Source: a virus | DNA length: 64,000 nucleotides | IMG/VR virus record: IMGVR_UViG_3300025162_000016 | Location: 1 to 64,000 of that record | Strand: one strand, 5' to 3' | In this document: positions 8,677-15,062 of the stretch, piece by piece | How positions within the stretch are numbered: position 1 is the first letter of the stretch | How the letters are laid out: every line of letters starts with the position of its first letter | Position numbers and translations under genes: made by a program | Notes under the pieces: model-generated | Database searches by the model: none | Seen by the model: the letters and a program-made list of their open reading frames with translations, nothing else | What the model was told of the DNA's origin: nothing

Positions 8677-8709
8677 GAAGCCCCTGCCTTTAGGCAGGGG
8701 AGTGTTCAC
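8677..8709 (+). ncRNA. Predicted 3'-terminal hairpin of the TnpB guide (omega) RNA scaffold, copy 1
   Basis: GAAG-CCCCTGCC-ttta-GGCAGGGG-AGTGTTCAC. The stem covaries with copy 2 while the flanks are conserved. Confidence 0.45.
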
Positions 8710-8724
8710 ATGCTATATATCATT

Positions 8725-9150
8725 ATGAAAAAGATATTCCATATACTTCTAGTCAGTTTAACCGTGTTTATATTAGCCGGTTGCACCACTGCTTTACAGT
8801 CAGATAAAATAATATCAATTAAAACTCGTTGTTTTGGGGTTATAATTGAAACCTCATCGATGTCTGCCAACAGTGTTCCAACAGTAAAGCTTGGATTCAT
8901 AAGTCAAGTAGTTCAATTAATTCCTACATCTACGAATGTTTTATATGCTCCAAATTATATGGACACTTTCGATCTAGGTCAGGGTATGAGTCCATTTAGC
9001 ACTACTATATCCGAAGATACCGGGACCGGTAATGTAATGTTAGATCCAGGTACCGCCACCATAATTACTACTAATAAAATGGGATTAGCTACCACTAATC
9101 ACGCTCCTTATAAATTAGGAGCAAGACTTCGCTCGCCTAAGCTGTTATAG
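8725..9150 (+). CDS. Lipoprotein, unknown function
   Basis: MKKIFHILLVSLTVFILAGC lipobox. Alternative start at 8710. The stop codon lies inside the degenerate terminal CRISPR repeat. Confidence 0.45.
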   Translation: MKKIFHILLVSLTVFILAGCTTALQSDKIISIKTRCFGVIIETSSMSANSVPTVKLGFISQVVQLIPTSTNVLYAPNYMDTFDLGQGMSPFSTTISEDTGTGNVMLDPGTATIITTNKMGLATTNHAPYKLGARLRSPKLL

Positions 9151-9612
9151 TAACTGGTCTGTTCCAGCACTTCACCTACTGGTGCGGCGGTTGGGCATGC
9201 CGACAACAAGCGGAGGTGATATAGTAACTGGTCTGTTCCAGCACTTCACCCAAAGCAAGATTTTTATTCGCTAAAGAACAGTGTGGAGGTGATATAGTAA
9301 CTGGTCTGTTCCAGCACTTCACCCTAATATGGGCGGTCCCGCTGGGGTATCCTATGGGGTGATATAGTAACTGGTCTGTTCCAGCACTTCACCCTAATTG
9401 CATTTCCTTTTTCTCGGTATCGAACCTACGGTGATATAGTAACTGGTCTGTTCCAGCACTTCACCCATCTATGAAAGAACGCATAGTAATGAAGTTAGCG
9501 AAAGGTGATATAGTAACTGGTCTGTTCCAGCACTTCACCACGGCGTGCGCCATTTAAGGAATCCCTTAGTTTCGCCGGTGATATAGTAACTGGTCTGTTC
9601 CAGCACTTCACC
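9141..9612 (-). CRISPR. CRISPR array with 7 repeats of 36 nt and 6 spacers of 34-38 nt
   Basis: Repeats at 9141, 9215, 9288, 9358, 9430, 9504 and 9577 (+ strand GGTGATATAGTAACTGGTCTGTTCCAGCACTTCACC). The 9141 copy is degenerate (GCTGTTATAG...), so the leader is placed at the 9613 side and the array on the minus strand. Confidence 0.9.
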
Positions 9613-9657
9613 TGTGTCCCTCGTAACTATCGTATTATCAAAGAACTATGTATCAAT

Positions 9658-9790
9658 TTGCGAGCGGTAGTGTATTCTATCGCCCTCGATTTGTCAACAT
9701 CAAATATCATATTTCGTAAGTTCCACATTATCAGCGAGTTACAAGTTGCGAGCGGCTATGGTATATTTGACACCACCTAACCGCTCGCAA
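9658..9790. promoter_or_regulatory. Three copies of the 10-mer TTGCGAGCGG in the putative leader (two direct, one inverted)
   Basis: 9658..9667 and 9746..9755 are direct. 9781..9790 is the reverse complement. Confidence 0.5.
9669..9697 (-). promoter_or_regulatory. sigma70-like promoter reading into the CRISPR array
   Basis: Minus strand reads TTGACA-17nt-TACACT, about 55 nt upstream of the first full repeat. Confidence 0.4.
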
Positions 9791-9864
9791 ATTAACATAA
9801 AAGTCTCATATGAGAAATCCAAAAATTGTAGACGTTTTATTTTAACCGGCATATATATATGCAG

Positions 9865-10320
9865 ATGATTAAACTAAAAAAACTTATCGAGACCCGAGGT
9901 CTGGAAACGCAGAATGATTATTCTCGGCAAGAAAGCATTGAACTCACTGGACCTGAAGAAACCGATATTGATTATTATGACGATTTAAATAGAATGGAAA
10001 AAGAATCTGGAATTAATATTCTCAGTAACAAAGAATTGAATACTTTAGCGGTTCAAGACGAAAAGCTGGTCGGAGCCCTCTATGTTTCGATGCAGAATGA
10101 CGAATTTTCCTTTGATGTTATTGTCGATAAATTAGCTAGAGGACAAGGAATTGGAGCTAAACTTATTGATACCGCCCTTTCGCAATATCGAGAGATGAAA
10201 AATGATATGAGATTAACGTTGAAATTAGATGTGGTCAATCAATGGGTCGAAAAATATCTTCTAAAAAAAGGACTAAAAATTGTGGGAAAATACGGTACTC
10301 ATACAATAATGACAATTTAA
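9865..10320 (+). CDS. GNAT-family acetyltransferase-like protein with MIKLK leader
   Basis: Motif A-like RGQGIGAKLIDTAL. N-terminus MIKLKKLIE. Confidence 0.45.
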   Translation: MIKLKKLIETRGLETQNDYSRQESIELTGPEETDIDYYDDLNRMEKESGINILSNKELNTLAVQDEKLVGALYVSMQNDEFSFDVIVDKLARGQGIGAKLIDTALSQYREMKNDMRLTLKLDVVNQWVEKYLLKKGLKIVGKYGTHTIMTI

Positions 10321-10435
10321 TTTTTCTTGTTATTTGTAGTTGACAGAAACGACAATGTGTGTTATCAATAAAAAAAGTTTAATTGTTCCTCGTGGAACAT
10401 CTCCACGAGGAATCATATGATATATATTATAACAT

Positions 10436-10981
10436 ATGATTAGATTAAAAAATATAGTAAATGGAATATTAGCCGAGGAGGAAAAAAGTTCGGAGGATAC
10501 GGTTGCGAATAATAAAGGATATAATATAAAAAATATTTATCATGGTACAACCGAGAAATTTAATGTATTCAAGTTTGATACATTAAAAAATGTAAAAGCA
10601 TCCGATACAGATAAGGTTATATATGCTACAGATTCCGAGGAAGAAGCTAAAATCGCCGGTAGTCCTGATAGCAGTCGATCTAAGGTGATGAAATTATATG
10701 GGAAATTAAAAAATCCTATGGTGGTTGATGCTAAAGGTACAGAAAAAAATAAAAGTTTTGGAACAATTGGTTATAAAAAATTAATACAAATGGCTAAAAG
10801 TAGGAATCATGACGGTGCCATTATAAAAAATGTTATCGATTTTGGTAATACTCCACAGACGACATACATATTTTTTGATACAAAGGCAGTTAAACTCGCC
10901 GGAGAAACTAAAGATAATAGCGGCAATTTAATTCCTTTATCACAGCGATTTAATTCAACCGTAGATGATTTGCGGTTTTGA
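10436..10981 (+). CDS. ART-like (polyvalent-protein type ADP-ribosyltransferase fold?) protein with leader. Paralog of 30841..31380
   Basis: MIRLKNIVNGILAEE leader. The IYHGT...F.F...(S/T).(S/E)EEA...LK.NP...HDG pattern is shared with the 30841 ORF. Confidence 0.35.
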   Translation: MIRLKNIVNGILAEEEKSSEDTVANNKGYNIKNIYHGTTEKFNVFKFDTLKNVKASDTDKVIYATDSEEEAKIAGSPDSSRSKVMKLYGKLKNPMVVDAKGTEKNKSFGTIGYKKLIQMAKSRNHDGAIIKNVIDFGNTPQTTYIFFDTKAVKLAGETKDNSGNLIPLSQRFNSTVDDLRF

Positions 10982-11079
10982 ATTGACATTTAGGAAGAAT
11001 GTGATAGTCTATTAAACATTTTAAGAGAAATATAGAAAAATATTGTAATTTGCGGAAAGTTGGTTATATTTATAACCAT

Positions 11080-11649
11080 ATGAAACTATCGAAATGGGCA
11101 AAATTGCAAGGAATAAGTTACAGAACAGCATGGTCTTGGTTTAAGAATAACACATTGCCTATTAAATCTTATCAAACTCCAACTGGAACTATTATAGTAG
11201 ATGACTCGTTGGATGTCAAAGAAAATAATAATGAAGTTGATATTTACTGTAGAGTTAGTTCCTCTAATAAAAAATTGGACTTAGACAATCAACTTAAATT
11301 ATGTGAAGAATATTGTATTTCTAATGGATACAAAATTAGAAAATCACTAAAAGAAATTGCATCGGGAATGAATGATAATCGACCAAGATTGAATTTAATT
11401 TTGGACAATCCATCAAATAAATTAGTAGTCCTTTATAAAGACAGATTAACAAGATTTGGATTTAATTATATAGAAAAACTATTAAAATCAAAAAAGTGTG
11501 AGTTGATAGTAATAAATCAAAACAAAACTGAGGAAGAGGACTTATTAAAAGACTTCATTGCTATTATTACATCGTTCTGTTGTAGAATGTATGGTGCGAG
11601 AAGAGGACAATCAAAAGCATTACGTATGAAACAGGAATTGAAAACATGA
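11080..11649 (+). CDS. tnpA: IS607-type TnpA (MerR-like HTH + serine recombinase)
   Basis: MKLSKWAKLQGISYRTAWSWFK HTH. IYCRVSSSNKK catalytic Ser block. LVVLYKDRLTRFGF. Confidence 0.8.
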   Translation: MKLSKWAKLQGISYRTAWSWFKNNTLPIKSYQTPTGTIIVDDSLDVKENNNEVDIYCRVSSSNKKLDLDNQLKLCEEYCISNGYKIRKSLKEIASGMNDNRPRLNLILDNPSNKLVVLYKDRLTRFGFNYIEKLLKSKKCELIVINQNKTEEEDLLKDFIAIITSFCCRMYGARRGQSKALRMKQELKT

Positions 11650-12890
11650 TTAGGAGTTCCAAACATTCTACAAAATTTACAAATCTTCGGAAAATGAAGA
11701 CATTGGCGTTGTTTATCTCGGAATATAGAAAAATAGGACAAGAAATTGTTGACATAATATGGAATAATGGATATGAAGAATTTAATATTCAGGAGGATAA
11801 ACTAAATTGTCCGAAATATCTCGATTATAAAAAATTCAACATAAATACATCCTTATCGGCTCGGGCATTAAGTTCTTTGGTTACACAGATATGTTTTAGT
11901 TTATCATCGGCAACAAAAAAACGAAAACAAATATTATATGCAAAGAATAAATTAATATCTGAAGGAAAGCCGCTTGGTAGAATTGATAAGATTCTCGATA
12001 AATATAAATTAATTAAACCAAATTTTTCAAACATCAATCCAGAATTGAGTTCAAAATGTTGCGATATTAAGGATGGAAATTCTTTTAATTATTTTTTAAG
12101 AATAAAATCAATAGGAAAAATATACGGATGTATTAAAATACCTATAAAAAATACAAAAGTATCATTAAAATGGTTAAAAAATGGAAAATTATTAAATTCA
12201 TTTTCTATTGGTCAGCAATATATTTCCCTACGATTTAATATTACAAATAAAAATGTAAATGTTGGAACTAAAATAATTGGAATTGATCAAGGACTGAAAG
12301 ATGTCGCAACATTATCAGACCATCAAATAACACCAAAATATGATATTCACGGGCATTCACTTGAATCAATTATAAATACGATATCAAAGAAGAAACGAGG
12401 TTCAGATGCATTTATTAAATCGCAGGAACATAGAAAAAATTTTATTAATTGGGCAATTAACCAATTAAATTTTAATGACGCCAAAGAAATTCGATTGGAA
12501 AAAATATGGAATATAGGATATAAACGGCGTACATCAAGAAGACTTTCACACTGGACGAATACGTTGATACGAGATAAGATTAAACGGAAATGCGAAGAGC
12601 TGGAGGTTCCAGTTATCGAGCAAGATTCCTCTTATCGCTCTCAACGATGTTCTTGTTGCGGATTAGTACGAAAGGCCAATAGAAATGGTAAAATATATAA
12701 ATGTAAAACTTGTAAATTTGAATCAGATGCTGATTATAATGCAAGTTTAAATCATATTGTAGATTTACCCGAAATCAGTTGGCAGTTTCGCAATCAACGA
12801 AATAATCTAAAATGTGGTTTTTACTGGAAGCCAAGTGGATTATTTAGTATTGATGGAGTGGAGCTTAGAGTCCCACTTTCTACCGATTAA
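11646..12890 (+). CDS. tnpB: TnpB-type RuvC nuclease (414 aa), candidate effector for the repeat-derived guide RNAs
   Basis: GIDQGLKD (RuvC I), IRLEKI (RuvC II), SSYRSQRCSCCG...YKCKTCKF zinc ribbon, DADYNASLNHI (RuvC III). Confidence 0.8.
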   Translation: MIRSSKHSTKFTNLRKMKTLALFISEYRKIGQEIVDIIWNNGYEEFNIQEDKLNCPKYLDYKKFNINTSLSARALSSLVTQICFSLSSATKKRKQILYAKNKLISEGKPLGRIDKILDKYKLIKPNFSNINPELSSKCCDIKDGNSFNYFLRIKSIGKIYGCIKIPIKNTKVSLKWLKNGKLLNSFSIGQQYISLRFNITNKNVNVGTKIIGIDQGLKDVATLSDHQITPKYDIHGHSLESIINTISKKKRGSDAFIKSQEHRKNFINWAINQLNFNDAKEIRLEKIWNIGYKRRTSRRLSHWTNTLIRDKIKRKCEELEVPVIEQDSSYRSQRCSCCGLVRKANRNGKIYKCKTCKFESDADYNASLNHIVDLPEISWQFRNQRNNLKCGFYWKPSGLFSIDGVELRVPLSTD

Positions 12891-12986
12891 GATAATTTTC
12901 TATATTTTATCTAACTCTATTAAACAATGAATAAACTAACAGAAAAATCATGATATTAACAATAGTTAGACACCAACTATACACAT

Positions 12987-13022
12987 GGTGAAGTGCTGGA
13001 ACAGACCAGTCACTATATCACC
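12987..13022 (+). repeat. Solo CRISPR repeat, inverted relative to the array (35/36 identity)
   Basis: GGTGAAGTGCTGGAACAGACCAGTCACTATATCACC equals the reverse complement of the array repeat with one T-to-C change. Confidence 0.9.
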
Positions 13023-13092
13023 AACGCATCCAGATTGTAAAAAAATGAGAGAATCGTTAGTAAACAAATAAACAAATAAAAAAATATAAATT

Positions 13093-13251
13093 ATGGGAAA
13101 TTCAAGAACAATAAAAAGAAGTATCGCCCGAAACCCAGAACGAGTATGGGTGGCTAAACAAACAGCAGCTAAACAAGAAGAAGATCGTCTTAATTCATTG
13201 AAGTCGAAGAATAACGTGGAATCTAAAGAAATATCCAAAGATTCTCTTTGA
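13093..13251 (+). CDS. Small basic protein (52 aa), hypothetical
   Basis: ATG...TGA ORF MGNSRTIKRSIARNPERVWVAKQ..., below the ORF-track cutoff. Confidence 0.3.
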   Translation: MGNSRTIKRSIARNPERVWVAKQTAAKQEEDRLNSLKSKNNVESKEISKDSL

Positions 13252-13291
13252 TTTTTCAGAAAAATCAATATAGTTATACATGGTTAAAAGT

Positions 13292-13370
13292 GCGAACGTG
13301 GTACAGTGGCCGACTACGCCTTCTCTACACGGAGGAATCATCGCAGGTTCGAATCCTGCCGTTCGCACCA
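13292..13370 (+). tRNA. tRNA, probably Val(UAC), atypical, with encoded CCA
   Basis: 7-bp acceptor GCGAACG/CGTTCGC + A + CCA. Canonical T arm GCAGG-TTCGAAT-CCTGC. Anticodon stem CCTTC/GGAGG with loop TCTACAC (C at position 33). 7-nt variable region. Confidence 0.6.
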
Positions 13371-13380
13371 GCTTAGTTGT

Positions 13381-13454
13381 CGGTTATAGGTGTTGCGGAA
13401 GCATACAAGTTTTGGGAACTTGTGGGGAGCGTTCAACTCGCTCATAGCCGACCA
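13381..13454 (+). tRNA. tRNA-Pro(UGG), with encoded CCA
   Basis: Acceptor CGGTTAT/ATAGCCG, anticodon arm CAAGT-TTTGGGA-ACTTG, T arm GAGCG-TTCAACT-CGCTC. Confidence 0.7.
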
Positions 13455-13463
13455 AATTTTTGA

Positions 13464-13535
13464 TATAGTTATCTTATAACGGTAATACGCTAGTTTTGCA
13501 GACTAGAAATCGGGGTTCGGCTCCACGGAATTTAA
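13464..13535 (+). tRNA. tRNA-like element or pseudo-tRNA (anticodon-arm-like CTAGT-TTTGCAG-ACTAG, UGC)
   Basis: A T-arm-like CGGGG-TTCGGCT-CCACG is present, but the acceptor pairs only 5/7 and there is no CCA. Confidence 0.2.
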
Positions 13536-13537
13536 AT

Positions 13538-13609
13538 TGCAGTAAGGTGTAAGAGTGCATGTGACTCTCATAAGGTCACGGGCCGGTGCGAATCCGGAAT
13601 CTGCATCCA
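13538..13609 (+). tRNA. tRNA-like, Met/Ile2(CAU), with encoded CCA. Irregular acceptor base and T arm
   Basis: Classic CTCATAA loop on stem TGACT/GGTCA. Acceptor TGCAG/CTGCA plus two mismatches. T loop TGCGAAT. Confidence 0.4.
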
Positions 13610-13655
13610 ATTTTGCTAAACAGCAAATATAAATAAAAAAATAGAAGTTAAAAAT

Positions 13656-14198
13656 ATGAAAAAAATGTTAAATTTGGTAGCGGTTATTGGACTTATTACA
13701 ATGTTGGGCACGGGTTGTTCTACTATTAAAACGTTGACACCGGCACAAGTGTCAATTGGAATTCAACAGACGGCTCAAATTGGTGCAACATATGCTATTC
13801 GACAAAATACCAACAATGTTAAATATTTTGTTTTAGCAGACGCAGCATTGAGTACATTTGTTTTAGGAACGGATCTGTCTCCCGCCTCATTTCAATCGGC
13901 ATTGGCAAATGTCGGATTACAGGATCAGTGGGCACAACTTGCGGTTAGTGCAGTCATTATTGCATATACCGCAACTTATAATCAATATGTCATAAATCAG
14001 GTCAATTCTAATGCGATGGCTAAAGAGTTTTTATTGGCGGTTGATAATGGATTTAAAGTAGCATTGGGAAAACCAGTTGTTCCGATGGTTCCCATTGCGC
14101 TAAAAGGCGAAAGAACGGGAGCAGTTCCTTACTTCCTTAAAGATGGGAAGATAGATAAGAATGCGATTTACACAAAAGTTTTAGTTACTAAAAGATAA
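13656..14198 (+). CDS. Lipoprotein, unknown function
   Basis: MKKMLNLVAVIGLITMLGTGC lipobox. Confidence 0.5.
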   Translation: MKKMLNLVAVIGLITMLGTGCSTIKTLTPAQVSIGIQQTAQIGATYAIRQNTNNVKYFVLADAALSTFVLGTDLSPASFQSALANVGLQDQWAQLAVSAVIIAYTATYNQYVINQVNSNAMAKEFLLAVDNGFKVALGKPVVPMVPIALKGERTGAVPYFLKDGKIDKNAIYTKVLVTKR

Positions 14199-14217
14199 TC
14201 TTTTCTTAATCTCAGAC

Positions 14218-14252
14218 CCCCGATCCGTCAAAAAGATCGGGGAGTTTTCACT
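14218..14252 (+). other. Solo hairpin with the TnpB right-end tail motif (possibly also a terminator)
   Basis: CCCCCGATC-cgtcaaaaa-GATCGGGG followed by AGTTTTCAC. GGGGAGTTTTCAC is identical to the 13-mer at the RE of IS copy 2. Confidence 0.4.
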
Positions 14253-14292
14253 TCTTCGTTCTATTTATAAAGGAATACGGCGGTTTCATTTT

Positions 14293-14430
14293 ATGAAAAA
14301 ATTATTGAATATATTCTTTTTATTTCTATTTATAATTTTATTTGTTGGGTGTTTATCGGCGGGAAAAGGATTATCAAACACGGAGGTTGAATTGATGCGA
14401 GTCAATCCACATATACCAATCAATAATTAA
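14293..14430 (+). CDS. Small lipoprotein (45 aa)
   Basis: MKKLLNIFFLFLFIILFVGC lipobox. Below the ORF-track cutoff. Confidence 0.4.
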   Translation: MKKLLNIFFLFLFIILFVGCLSAGKGLSNTEVELMRVNPHIPINN

Positions 14431-14443
14431 AATATAATATCAT

Positions 14444-14731
14444 ATGAACGCCGATTCCGTAATTGTTTATGCGAAATTATTTTGTATATTTGGTGGTACA
14501 AGTTTGTTATGTCTTCAAACTGGGCTTTCGCAATGGTCAAACGAGGCGGCAACGCCGTCTAAGGTTCAGTGGATAATGATTTTAGGAGGAAGTTTAGGAG
14601 CTGGATTAATGGCAACTGGCGGATTTTTATCTAATGATTATGGGAACTATAGAAAATCGCAGAATGACATTAATAGCAATAGAAGAATGTCTTTAGTTAT
14701 TCGGAAAAAAAGAGATATGGAAAAATCATAA
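14444..14731 (+). CDS. Small membrane protein
   Basis: Two hydrophobic segments and a basic C-terminus. Confidence 0.4.
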   Translation: MNADSVIVYAKLFCIFGGTSLLCLQTGLSQWSNEAATPSKVQWIMILGGSLGAGLMATGGFLSNDYGNYRKSQNDINSNRRMSLVIRKKRDMEKS

Positions 14732-14739
14732 TAAGTTCA

Positions 14740-14768
14740 TTGACTTTTCATTGGACATATGATATATA
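14740..14768 (+). promoter_or_regulatory. sigma70-like promoter for the structured RNA candidate
   Basis: TTGACT-17nt-TATATA. Confidence 0.4.
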
Positions 14769-14774
14769 TGTTAG

Positions 14775-15058
14775 AGTTAAGTGCGGACAGGTGATCCCCG
14801 CAATGATACGGGGCAGTCATAGATAATAATGTAAGTTGTTAAGTTCAACCGAAGACTATGATAGGAGTCGTCACCGTAATAATAATGGCGGCTTTGATGA
14901 TGAGACAAGATTTTCATCTTACACTTAACTTTTTGTGGATAGTAAACTGTGACGGCTCACAGGATAGTCTTGAAAACTATAATGCCGAGAGGCATCTGGA
15001 TCGACACCAGTACTATCCTCCAATTTCATTTCGGTGATAGTAAATTAAAAAAAAAACT
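14775..15058 (+). ncRNA. Structured intergenic RNA candidate (~285 nt, two domains), class unknown
   Basis: No ORF. Long-range pairs GTTAAGTG(14776)/CACTTAAC(14932) and GGATAGT(14972)/ACTATCC(15022). Nested hairpins CCCCG/CGGGG, GACT/AGTC, TGCC-gaga-GGCA and CTGG/CCAG. Confidence 0.45.
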
Positions 15059-15062
15059 ATAA

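Larger units (their letters stand above)
7490..8709 (+). mobile_element. IS200/IS605-family element carrying only tnpB (copy 1). Boundaries are approximate
   Basis: Imperfect LE hairpin at 7507..7526 followed by GGGATGAAT, tnpB, and RE hairpin at 8681..8700 followed by AGTGTTCAC. Homologous ends in copy 2. Confidence 0.65.
11030..13022 (+). mobile_element. IS607-type unit (tnpA serine recombinase + tnpB) whose 3' flank ends in a CRISPR-type repeat. Left boundary uncertain
   Basis: tnpA and tnpB are ATGA-coupled. The solo repeat is at 12987..13022. The upstream AATATAGAAAAATAT block is shared with 59651..59680. Confidence 0.55.

Noticed and set aside
7596-8709. The IS605-type TnpB next to the array as the array's effector
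   Set aside because: Its right-end hairpin shares only the GAAG...TCAC ends and overall length (33 nt) with the CRISPR repeat, and the internal sequence is unrelated. The exact repeat copy lies beside the IS607-type TnpB instead. Not excluded experimentally.
12966-13268. 100-aa minus-strand ORF covering the solo CRISPR repeat
   Set aside because: It has no recognisable features, overlaps the repeat and an A-rich tract, and lies opposite to all neighbouring genes. The short + strand ORF at 13093..13251 and the repeat explain the region better.
13322-13330. Reading the first tRNA as an amber suppressor (CUA within CUCUACA)
   Set aside because: That register needs a 4-bp anticodon stem and puts a pyrimidine at position 37. 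The only 5-bp stem gives UAC. Stop-codon usage in the window looks standard, and long ORFs are intact under the standard code.
15043-15054. GGTGATAGTAAA at the 3' end of the structured RNA as an anti-repeat (tracr-like) for the CRISPR repeat end TTACTATATCACC
   Set aside because: There are only 7+4 matching bases with a 2-nt gap, 5 kb from the array. This is too weak to claim, although it is worth checking if the RNA is detected.
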